Positions 1 through 7,234 of a stretch of 31,425 bases of DNA are shown in pieces. Position 1 is the stretch's first letter. Every line of letters begins with the position of its first letter. The notes under the pieces were generated by a model that was not told the DNA's origin, did not search any database, and worked only from the letters and a program-made list of their open reading frames with translations. The position numbers and the translations under genes were made by a program. The stretch is from a virus (taxonomy: Duplodnaviria; Caudoviricetes), in IMG/VR virus record IMGVR_UViG_3300049142_000070, positions 1 through 31,425 of that record. The stretch is one strand, 5' to 3'.

Positions 1-293
1 TTGCGCAGGACCGCGTCGTTGCACGGCCTGCACATCGCCAGCAGCCGGGAGGGCGGGAGCTGCGCGGCGGTCGCGAAGGCGCCCTCGTTGATCGGATCGC
101 GGGGCACGGCGAGCAGGACGACCTCGCCGACCTTCTTGATCCACTGACCGTTGCGGTGATCGCAGCGCCCCTGGACCTTGCGGCGCTCCGGGTCGTGCTT
201 GCTGCCGCACGCCCCTTGGCACTCGCATCGGTTGTCGGCGTTCTTCATCACGGCCGTCCACAGGGCGGCGCCGACGAGCGGCGGGCGGGTCAT
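1..293 (-). CDS. Zinc-binding HNH-like protein with degenerate active site (3' end runs off the window)
   Basis: Manual translation from an ATG overlapping the upstream stop (ATGA): MTRPPLVGAALWTAVMKNADNRCECQGACGSKH...GRCDH...VVLLAVP...LLAMCRPCNDAVLR. The Cys pattern matches phage HNH-like proteins, but the usual His residues are missing. Confidence 0.6.
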   Translation of the reverse strand, partial: MTRPPLVGAALWTAVMKNADNRCECQGACGSKHDPERRKVQGRCDHRNGQWIKKVGEVVLLAVPRDPINEGAFATAAQLPPSRLLAMCRPCNDAVLR

Positions 294-1099
294 GCCGCCA
301 CCTCCTCGGTCGGCGTGTCCGTGAAGCAGCCGCAGCCGCCCCAGTCCAGATCGTCGAATCCCATCTGCCGGGCGTGTGGTTCGGTCTGCCGCTCGCGGAA
401 CTCGGTGAGCGTGAGCGGCGCGCCACCGTTACTCCAGTCGCGCAGGATCGTCGCGTTGGCGTTGATCTCCTCGCGAAAGCGCCTCTCCTGCTCCTCCGCC
501 TTCGCGAACCGGTCTGGATGCGTGGCCAGCGTTAGCGCCCACTGCGCTTGGCCTGCACGGACGCACAGTCCTGCACAGTTGGCGTGCTGGTAGCCCTCCC
601 TGTACATCACGGGCTCGGCGAGACCTAGCGACCTGGCTTCGGCGATAAGCTCCTGCTTGTCGTAAATGTGCGGCTTCTCGGCCAAGGGGAAGTGGACAAC
701 CCAGGGCTTCCAGCGCTCTCGGTTTCCAGGGATGCGCTGTGGCTCATCCCAGGACAAGCCGACGTAGAGAACGGCGTCGTCCGGAGTGGTGTTCTCTGCC
801 ACCCAGCGCCTCGACGGCTCCTGCTTGAGGATGTGCGAGCAGGGTGCGAGGCGCGAGTTGCCGAGGAAGCGGCGGTCGAAGAACACCTGCCAGACGTCTC
901 GCTCCTGCGGGTCGGCGACGCGTGTGAGCTCCATGTCGAGTTCGGCGGTCGCCTGCCGGTTCCAGCGGTGCAGGTCGTCGTCCTCGCTGTTCGTATCGGC
1001 GAACAGGAGCACGGTGTTCTCACGGCCGTACAGGTCGACGACGATCCGCGCCGTCTTCCAGCTGGTGATGCCGCCGGACCACATGACGATGTGCTTCAC
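290..1099 (-). CDS. PAPS-reductase-like / PP-loop family enzyme, probably Fe-S binding
   Basis: GTG start in a GTGA overlap. KHIVMWSGGITSW PP-loop, LLFADT, APCSHILK, HANCAGLCVRAG and C-terminal GGCGCF. Confidence 0.8.
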   Translation of the reverse strand: MKHIVMWSGGITSWKTARIVVDLYGRENTVLLFADTNSEDDDLHRWNRQATAELDMELTRVADPQERDVWQVFFDRRFLGNSRLAPCSHILKQEPSRRWVAENTTPDDAVLYVGLSWDEPQRIPGNRERWKPWVVHFPLAEKPHIYDKQELIAEARSLGLAEPVMYREGYQHANCAGLCVRAGQAQWALTLATHPDRFAKAEEQERRFREEINANATILRDWSNGGAPLTLTEFRERQTEPHARQMGFDDLDWGGCGCFTDTPTEEVAA

Positions 1100-1578
1100 G
1101 ACGTCACCCCCTGCACGAGCCGGTCGGCGAGGACGGGCAGCTCGACGGTGTCGGTGTCCGACTTCACCCAGGCCGGGACGTGCGCCGGGCTGGCCGCCTG
1201 TGGCGAGTGGTGGAGGCTGACGACCGGGCCGGTCGCGAAGCGTTCGGTGAGGCTGCGCACGTCGATCTCCTGCGTCCGGGAGCCGGCCGCATCGGCCTTG
1301 ACGGCGACGGTCAGCCGTTCCTCCAGCTCGCGGATCTGCCGCTCCAGGTCGCGGATCGTGGCCTCTTGGCAGACGACGACCTTCTCGGCGCTGGCCGCCT
1401 TGCCTTCGGCGTACCGCCACAGGGCGTGGACGTCCTTGTTGTCGGCCATGATCTGGTCGAAGAAGCGGTCTGCTTCGGCCTGGCGGGCGGTGAGCCGGAG
1501 GTTCTCGGCCTCCGCGATGGCGAGGCGGTCGACGGCCCGGCGGGTACCGGTGCCCTGCCACGGCATGGTGATCGTCAC
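1096..1578 (-). CDS. Coiled-coil hypothetical phage protein
   Basis: GTG after a GGGGAGAA RBS, high GC3, heptad-like segment IRDLERQIRELEERL, coupled to both neighbours by 4-bp overlaps. Confidence 0.7.
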   Translation of the reverse strand: MTITMPWQGTGTRRAVDRLAIAEAENLRLTARQAEADRFFDQIMADNKDVHALWRYAEGKAASAEKVVVCQEATIRDLERQIRELEERLTVAVKADAAGSRTQEIDVRSLTERFATGPVVSLHHSPQAASPAHVPAWVKSDTDTVELPVLADRLVQGVTS

Positions 1579-1733
1579 TTCTCCCCCTGGCGCTGGTGCG
1601 GAATGGCGGTACGGGCGGCCTTGCGGCGGGCGCGGCGCTGGTCGCTGATGTGCTGGCCGAGGACCATCAGGAAGCCGAAGACGGCGATGACGGCGGCGGT
1701 AATGGCGATCGACGGCCACGGGTTGGCGGTCAT
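1575..1733 (-). CDS. Small membrane protein (52 aa)
   Basis: MTANPWPSIAITAAVIAVFGFLMVLGQHISDQRRARRKAA...: one TM helix plus a basic tail, with ATGA/GTGA overlaps at both ends. Confidence 0.7.
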   Translation of the reverse strand: MTANPWPSIAITAAVIAVFGFLMVLGQHISDQRRARRKAARTAIPHQRQGEK

Positions 1734-2194
1734 GCGATCACCCACTCGTCGTCCTCGGGCGGCTCGTCCGGGATCCCCAGAGCGCGCTCCAGCCGGTCGT
1801 TCATGACCTTGAGTTCCTTGATGTACGCCTCAGCCTTTTCCGCGCGCTGCCTCTGCGCCCACAGGGCCTTGCAGGCCGCCTCGTAGGCGTGGGCGGTCGG
1901 GTACGGCTGACGGTCGTGAGCGATGGCGAGTTCGCGCTGCTCGTCGACTTCGAGGAGGTAGGCGAGGATCCAGCGGGCCCGCTCACCCATCCAGCCGTGG
2001 AGGTTCGCCGCGAACAGGTTCTCGTCATTCGGGTCGCTTTGCCGGTGGGTGCGGACGTCTCGGATCGCCTCGGCGAACTGAAAGAGCAGGCCTACCTTCG
2101 GGACGGTCTGGTCCGGGCCGAGCAGGATGCGGATCTGCTGGCGGTCCTCGGCGGTCAGGCCGACGGTGTCCGCCGCGGTGAGGTCAGTCGCCAT
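1730..2194 (-). CDS. Hypothetical phage protein
   Basis: MATDLTAADTVG...HDRQPYPTAHAYEAACKAL...; high GC3 and in line with the operon. Confidence 0.7.
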   Translation of the reverse strand: MATDLTAADTVGLTAEDRQQIRILLGPDQTVPKVGLLFQFAEAIRDVRTHRQSDPNDENLFAANLHGWMGERARWILAYLLEVDEQRELAIAHDRQPYPTAHAYEAACKALWAQRQRAEKAEAYIKELKVMNDRLERALGIPDEPPEDDEWVIA

Positions 2195-2441
2195 CGCGCT
2201 CACCGAGTCCCTGGTACGGGCTGCCCGCGACGGACTGCCATGCGCGGTACTCGCTGAAGGAGTCGCTCCGAGGCGTCTCGTCCACGAGTGCCTTAGCAGC
2301 GGCGAGGGCGAGCGTCGCGTGAACCTGCGCCTCGGCGATAACGCGGTCCGCCTCACACGGACCCTCGTCGTGCGGTCGCGGGATGGTCCGCGACTCGGCG
2401 AGCAGGCGCTCGGCCTCAAGGTAGTGCTCGGGTCCGGTCAT
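2184..2441 (-). CDS. Conserved actinophage hypothetical protein
   Basis: MTGPEHYLEAERLLA...AEAQVHATLALAAA, a motif I recognise from actinophage early genes. Confidence 0.75.
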   Translation of the reverse strand: MTGPEHYLEAERLLAESRTIPRPHDEGPCEADRVIAEAQVHATLALAAAKALVDETPRSDSFSEYRAWQSVAGSPYQGLGERDGD

Positions 2442-2542
2442 CGGTTCCCCCAGGTTTGCCGGCATGCCCAGATCAGGGCGGCGATGGAAGCGGCGGTTTC
2501 GACGGCCGCGAGGACGGCCACGATGCGGAGGCTCGGGCTCAC
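2438..2542 (-). CDS. Small hydrophobic peptide (34 aa)
   Basis: MSPSLRIVAVLAAVETAASIAALIWACRQTWGNR; fills the gap exactly with 4-bp overlaps at both ends. Confidence 0.6.
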   Translation of the reverse strand: MSPSLRIVAVLAAVETAASIAALIWACRQTWGNR

Positions 2543-2742
2543 GTCGTCACCTGCCGGGCGGGCTTGGACTGGTAGCGACGCATGTGCTCGAACCGGGCGT
2601 GCACCGCAGTGATGTGCGCGAGATAGTCCTGCGTCGACCACGGGCGAAGGGTCCGTGAGCGGCGGGCGAACTCGGCCTCGACACGCACCAGTTCGTCCTC
2701 TTCGCAGTCCGCAAGGGGCCGCATCTCGGGGGCGGTACTCAT
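2539..2742 (-). CDS. Hypothetical protein (67 aa)
   Basis: MSTAPEMRPLADCEEDELVRVEAEFARR...; ATGA overlap with the upstream gene. Confidence 0.7.
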   Translation of the reverse strand: MSTAPEMRPLADCEEDELVRVEAEFARRSRTLRPWSTQDYLAHITAVHARFEHMRRYQSKPARQVTT

Positions 2743-3137
2743 GCCGCCACCGCCAGGACCGAAGCCGCGAACATGAAGTCGATGTCCTTCGCGGCCGATT
2801 CGAAAGCCGCGATGACCTCGTCGGCGGTACGCGCCGGCTGGTCGTTCCAGTCCGCGATGCGCTCCTCCGGATCCCAGTCGACGATCGTCGAGCGGATCCG
2901 CGAGCCCAGGAACGTCACGGCGTCCTGGTACAGCTCCGGGCAGTCCACGAGATCCGCCGGCGGCACCGGTTCGCCGGTGATGACCAGGGACAGGGCGCCG
3001 GTCGCGTCCACGGGAACCGTCGTGCGGCTGCGGGTGAGAAGGAGCGCGCCGTCGAGGTACGCGCCCTGGTGGTGGCCGTTCCTGCGGATCACATCGGCGG
3101 CCTTCTCGTACACGGCGGCCAGTTGCGGGTTGCTCAT
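2739..3137 (-). CDS. DUF6197-like phage protein
   Basis: AADVIRRNGHHQGAY...GALSLV...IADWNDQPARTADEVIAAF motif. Confidence 0.7.
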   Translation of the reverse strand: MSNPQLAAVYEKAADVIRRNGHHQGAYLDGALLLTRSRTTVPVDATGALSLVITGEPVPPADLVDCPELYQDAVTFLGSRIRSTIVDWDPEERIADWNDQPARTADEVIAAFESAAKDIDFMFAASVLAVAA

Positions 3138-3403
3138 GACGCCCCTCCACGGGTGCGCTCGGTGCGGGTGTAGTCGCGGCCCCGCAGGTCGGGGTCGATG
3201 TCGAGGAACTGGTGCCACTGTTCGGCCAGCGCGCCGGACGGCTCGGGCACGGCGGCGTGGGCGTGGGCGGAGATCTCGGCGATCTGCCGTTCCAGTGCCT
3301 CGGCCCGCTGCCGGGCCACCAGCGCCTTCACGTCCGCCGTGAGCTGGGCGGTCGGCACATCCCAGTCCTGCCTGCTGCGCGGCGGGATACCGATGTCCGT
3401 CAT
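3134..3403 (-). CDS. Hypothetical protein
   Basis: 89-aa ORF with ATGA overlaps and high GC3. Confidence 0.7.
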   Translation of the reverse strand: MTDIGIPPRSRQDWDVPTAQLTADVKALVARQRAEALERQIAEISAHAHAAVPEPSGALAEQWHQFLDIDPDLRGRDYTRTERTRGGAS

Positions 3404-3684
3404 CGCTGCTCACCGCCAGGGGCATCCTCGCCAGCCGTGACGTTGCGGATGGTGCGGATGTCGTCTTCCAGCGCCGACAGTTGCAGCGTCCAAGCGCCGT
3501 CAATGTCGGCATGGAACTTGATCCGGGCCCCCGTCGATTCAGACGCGATCCTTCCGTCACCGATGGTGGCGATCCGCTGGCGCAGCGCGCTGTGTGTCAC
3601 CTGGTGCGCGAGGACGACCTCGACGTGGCCGGACATCCACATCACCTCGTACCTCTGGGGCGGCACGTTCTCCCGGGCGCTCAC
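3400..3684 (-). CDS. Hypothetical protein
   Basis: 94-aa ORF (YEVMWMSGHVEVVLAHQV) coupled to both neighbours. Confidence 0.7.
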   Translation of the reverse strand: MSARENVPPQRYEVMWMSGHVEVVLAHQVTHSALRQRIATIGDGRIASESTGARIKFHADIDGAWTLQLSALEDDIRTIRNVTAGEDAPGGEQR

Positions 3685-3941
3685 GACAGGCCGCCCGTCG
3701 TCGAGCCGGTCATCGACGGCACCGAGTGCAGGACCTTGTCCGCAGCCGCGTGCCGGGCCAGCAGCGTCTCGCGGTCGCCCTGGTCCTCGACCGAAAGCAA
3801 CGGTCCACGGAAGCGCTTCAGTTCACGCTCTGCGTCGTCCAGCTCCAGCAGAGCGGACAGGACACGCGGCGGGAGCAGGCGGGCCTTGAAGACGCCGACA
3901 GCCATAGGAGCTGGGGATGGAGTGGGAGATGATGTAGGCAC
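3681..3941 (-). CDS. Hypothetical protein
   Basis: 86-aa ORF, GTG start after an AGAGG RBS. Confidence 0.6.
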   Translation of the reverse strand: MPTSSPTPSPAPMAVGVFKARLLPPRVLSALLELDDAERELKRFRGPLLSVEDQGDRETLLARHAAADKVLHSVPSMTGSTTGGLS

Positions 3942-4035
3942 GGTCTGCCTCTTCTCTTTCGGGAGTGGTGAGAGGTGGATCCAGGGCCGTCTGCCGGGGA
4001 CTTGGCCGTTACCGGTGGGCGGCCCGCATAGCCGC

Positions 4036-4308
4036 CTAGGCGGCGGGGGCGACGTTGTCCGCTGTCGGGTGGGTTTCCGACGCGGGCCGAACGTCGAAGC
4101 GCTCGGAGATCTCGCGGATGTGCGCCAGCTTGAACGTGATCTTCATGGCGCCCCGGTTGTGCGGGAACTCGTAGGCCTGCGCCTTCTTGCGCAACGTGTC
4201 GGGCTTGAAGGGCAGCAGACCCAGGTCGTAGACCTGCTCCGGGGTGTAGTGCCGCAGCTCGGCTTCCGTCAGCGGCGTGGGGGGAGCCTTCTGCGCCTTG
4301 GCAGTCAC
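4036..4308 (-). CDS. Excisionase / recombination directionality factor-like winged-HTH protein
   Basis: LRHYTPEQVYDLGLLPFKPDTLRKKAQAYEFPHNRGAMKITFKLAHI resembles the HTH_17/Xis pattern; directly downstream of cro via a GTGA overlap. Confidence 0.65.
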   Translation of the reverse strand: MTAKAQKAPPTPLTEAELRHYTPEQVYDLGLLPFKPDTLRKKAQAYEFPHNRGAMKITFKLAHIREISERFDVRPASETHPTADNVAPAA

Positions 4309-4514
4309 TTCGTCTCCTCGTTGGTTATCGCTTCGACCGACACGTCCAGCGCGCCGGCGACCTTCAGCAATCGGTCCCGCCCGGACTCCCGGATGTGCCC
4401 CCTCTCCAAGCGGGAGAGGTAGCCCCGGTTCAAGCCGGTCAGGTGCTGCAAGGCGCGCAGGCTCAGGTTTCGAGCTTTCCGCCACTCGCAGATTGCGGTT
4501 GCGTTCGGTCTCAC
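4305..4514 (-). CDS. Cro-like XRE HTH regulator
   Basis: WRKARNLSLRALQHLTGLNRGYLSRLERG; divergent from the repressor. Confidence 0.85.
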   Translation of the reverse strand: MRPNATAICEWRKARNLSLRALQHLTGLNRGYLSRLERGHIRESGRDRLLKVAGALDVSVEAITNEETK

Positions 4515-4584
4515 GCTTAGAATTCAAGCGACTCCTGCCGGAATCCGCAAGGGGTCTGCCGGAAGTAATGCTTGAGATTCAAGC
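4515..4584. promoter_or_regulatory. Genetic-switch operators GCTT(GA)-N3-TCAAGC (4515-4529, 4570-4584) flanking two TGCCGGAA repeats (4536, 4557)
   Basis: GCTTAGAATTCAAGC and the perfect inverted repeat GCTTGAGATTCAAGC lie between the divergent cro and cI genes; a further GCTTGA half-site lies near 4646. Confidence 0.7.
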
Positions 4585-4728
4585 GTGACACCCAGTGACA
4601 GGCAGCCGACAGCGCACTCGTGGGGCGCACGGTGCAACCCTGAAGGCTTGAAATCGCTACTAACGCGCAGGTCAAGGCCTGAGATCTGGGCTTCTTGGTT
4701 GCACGGCCATGAGGCATGATGTGGAGTC

Positions 4729-5271
4729 ATGGACCAGGACTGGGACTGGGTACGACTCGGGCAGGCACTGAAGGCCGCCCGCAAGGCCGAGGGCATCGCC
4801 AAGCAGGAGCACATGGCCGCCGCCCTTGGCGTCGGCCGGTCCACCATCCAAATGATCGAACGAGGCCACAGCTACTCGAAGATCCAGCCCACGCACCGCG
4901 CTTTCGCGCAACGTGTGGGCTGGACAGCCGAGTCGGTGCAGGCAGTCCTCGAAGGCGGTCCGCCAGAGCTGCGCAACGAGCCGGAGGATTCCGCCGAGTC
5001 GGCCGAGCCGCAGGCCCCCGTTACTGCTGAGGGCACCAGGCTTCCGCTACGCATCGTGGATGAGCTCTCAGACAACGGCCCCCTACTGGACACCACGGTC
5101 ATCCAGCTTGGCGGGGACGCCCGCATGGTCGTCGTCATCAAGGGCAAGCCCGACGCTTCGCCCGAGGAGATCCGCAGGAATCTTGAGGCATGGCGCCGCG
5201 CTCAGCCCCATCTGGAAGCACTGACGAGCCCGCTCGGCGAAGATGAGGGCGCCGCCGCCAACGGCTCGTAG
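4729..5271 (+). CDS. cI-like immunity repressor (N-terminal XRE HTH)
   Basis: RLGQALKAARKAEGIAKQEHMAAALGVGRSTIQMIERG; divergent from cro and upstream of int. No S24 autopeptidase domain is recognisable. Confidence 0.85.
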   Translation: MDQDWDWVRLGQALKAARKAEGIAKQEHMAAALGVGRSTIQMIERGHSYSKIQPTHRAFAQRVGWTAESVQAVLEGGPPELRNEPEDSAESAEPQAPVTAEGTRLPLRIVDELSDNGPLLDTTVIQLGGDARMVVVIKGKPDASPEEIRRNLEAWRRAQPHLEALTSPLGEDEGAAANGS

Positions 5272-5377
5272 CACAGGGCAATTTCAGTCACTCCAAACCC
5301 TCCACACTTGAACTAAATGTGTGGTTGCATGACCGAACGCTGACCATGGGCCCACCAATCGGACGAGCGGGGTTCCG

Positions 5378-5614
5378 ATGTGTGTCCATGTCCTCTGTGC
5401 GCGTTCCATGCCGAACAACGTCATGGTCTGGGTAGACCGGCAGCCCTCCCATAATCTGGTCTACGTCGATGTGTCGCTGTTCAACCGCCGCGGTTCTCTC
5501 ACTGCACGCGGAGTCCGCCGGATCAACAGCGCACTGGCCGACTTTGACCAGGCCTGGACACTCAGCAGTTCCCAGTTGTGCGACCGGCCGCCGTTGTACG
5601 GCGTGGCTGGCTGA
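5378..5614 (+). CDS. Small hypothetical protein between repressor and integrase
   Basis: 78 aa, MCVHVLCARS...; its position matches the slot of induction/anti-repressor accessory genes, but the function is not recognisable. Confidence 0.6.
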   Translation: MCVHVLCARSMPNNVMVWVDRQPSHNLVYVDVSLFNRRGSLTARGVRRINSALADFDQAWTLSSSQLCDRPPLYGVAG

Positions 5615-5637
5615 CGATCTGCGCGGGGGTGAGTTCA

Positions 5638-6891
5638 GTGGCATATGCCGAGAAACGCGTCAGCACTGCCAAGGGCAGCAAGGGGAAGGTCAGTTGGCGG
5701 TCGCGCTACCTGCGCCCCGACGGAACCTGGGGCAGCGAACCCGGGTTCCCCACGAAGAAGACCGCCGTCGCCTGGGGTCAGCAGCAGGAGTCCGCCATCA
5801 CGGATGGCCGCTGGGTTGACCCGGAGCTGTCCCGTAAGCGGTTCGGAGTGTTCGCTGAGGAGTGGATGAAGGTTCAGACTCCGCGCGGAAGAACCACCAT
5901 GAACAGGCGTGAGCGCCTAAACGTGCACATCCTTCCCAAGTGGCAGCACACCCCGCTCAGCGCCTTCAACTGGTTCGATGTCGAGGCCTGGGCCCGCACG
6001 CTGACGTGCGCCCACCGCACGACGAAGGAAGCCGTCGGATTGATCTCCCGGATCCTCACGAGCGCCGTCGACGCGCGGCATCTCTCGGTCAATCCCCTTT
6101 ACGGACGCCGCCTGACCGGCTTGCCCGAGCATGTGGCCGGCGTCCGCAAGACCGATGAGGAGGAGATGTGGGCGCCGCCCGAGACAGTGCTGCGCCTGGC
6201 AAGGCGGATGGGGCCTGTCAATGGGCTGATGATCCTCACCACCGCCTTCGCCGGCCCTCGATACGAGGAGGCCGTAGGGCTTCAGCGGATCAACACGCTG
6301 CGGACCCGACGGCAGGAGTTCGACGGTGACGTCTTCACGTGCCCCGTGATTCGGATCGATGGCGAGCAGGGCGTGCTGGCCGAGTACTACGTCTACGAAG
6401 ACGGCAAGCGAAAGATCTTCCGCGGCCTGGAGCCGCCGAAGAACAAACAGAGCAAGCGCGACATCGACATCCCGCCCTTCCTGGAGAAGCTCCTCGCTGC
6501 TCATCTGGAGAACCTGGAAGGGGACTTCGTCTTCACTCCCCCGAATGGCAAGTGGTGGTGGCGTTCAACCTGGTGCACCCAACTGCGGCCCGCGGCCGAC
6601 GGACGGAGCGCTCGTCCCCTGGCCCGCGGCACTGCGATCAAGGAAGGGTGGGAGCCCATCATGCCGGGGCTGGACATGCGGGCGCTGCGCCACTCCCACG
6701 ACACCTATCAGGCGCAGATTGGCGTGCATCCGGTGCTCGCGCATGAACAGGCCGGGCACAAGTACCCTGGAATCAAGGGCACCTACCAACACCCCACGCC
6801 CGAGATGCGCAAGCACCGCCTCGACGGACTCCAGCGCATTTACGAGCGGGCGATGATGAATCTCGGTTGGGAAAGCGTCTGGGGAAGTTGA
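5638..6891 (+). CDS. int: Tyrosine integrase
   Basis: Arm-binding N-terminus (WRSRYLRPDG...GFPTKKTA), GPRYEE, PPKNK, RALRHSH, EQAGH and GTYQH catalytic motifs; attP immediately downstream. Confidence 0.93.
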   Translation: MAYAEKRVSTAKGSKGKVSWRSRYLRPDGTWGSEPGFPTKKTAVAWGQQQESAITDGRWVDPELSRKRFGVFAEEWMKVQTPRGRTTMNRRERLNVHILPKWQHTPLSAFNWFDVEAWARTLTCAHRTTKEAVGLISRILTSAVDARHLSVNPLYGRRLTGLPEHVAGVRKTDEEEMWAPPETVLRLARRMGPVNGLMILTTAFAGPRYEEAVGLQRINTLRTRRQEFDGDVFTCPVIRIDGEQGVLAEYYVYEDGKRKIFRGLEPPKNKQSKRDIDIPPFLEKLLAAHLENLEGDFVFTPPNGKWWWRSTWCTQLRPAADGRSARPLARGTAIKEGWEPIMPGLDMRALRHSHDTYQAQIGVHPVLAHEQAGHKYPGIKGTYQHPTPEMRKHRLDGLQRIYERAMMNLGWESVWGS

Positions 6892-7197
6892 TCTCCCAAA
6901 TCTCTCCCAAATGATCAGTTCCGGATCAGCGGGGATCAATCCTCAGAGGTTCCGGTGCAGGTCAGTGAGTCGTCCGCAATCCGCTCATGGTGACGAATCA
7001 CTTCTGCGATGATGAAGTTCAGGAGCTTCTCGGCGAACGCCGGGTCGAGGGAGCTACCAGCGGCGGCGTAGTGCAACCGGCAGGTCAGAGTGGGTACGCC
7101 CCCCCGATGCGGGATGACCTTCCCCGCCTTTGCCGGAACCTGCTACGGCTCTGCCGGAAGGCGCACGCCCCTTCGCGTCTCCTGTTTGTCTCCCAAA
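6892..7197. mobile_element. attP region with integrase arm-type repeats TCTCCCAAA (6892-6900, 6903-6911, 7189-7197)
   Basis: Identical 9-mers on both sides of a host-gene fragment, directly after int; a degenerate copy lies at 7178. Confidence 0.8.
6936..7049 (-). pseudogene. Phage-borne replacement 3' end of a host chorismate mutase (AroQ/CM_2) gene, containing the att core
   Basis: Translates as LDPAFAEKLLNFIIAEVIRHHERIADDSLTCTGTSED*, which I recognise as the C-terminus of actinobacterial monofunctional chorismate mutase. There is no 5' part or start codon. Confidence 0.8.
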
Positions 7198-7234
7198 CGA
7201 TCTAGAAGAACTCGCAGCTCAAGCGGGTAGATAG

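Noticed and set aside
290-310. EVAA/AVAA C-termini of early proteins (also at 2739) as degradation tags
   Set aside because: Explained by the GG(A/C)GGTGGCGGCATGA RBS and stop-start overlap of the next gene.
1100-1561. N-terminal extension of the 423-aa PAPS-reductase ORF
   Set aside because: Off-frame overlap with gene 1096-1578; the real start is the GTG at 1099, just before the PP-loop.
6987-7205. 72-aa plus-strand ORF after int
   Set aside because: Antisense to the chorismate mutase fragment and runs across attP arm sites.
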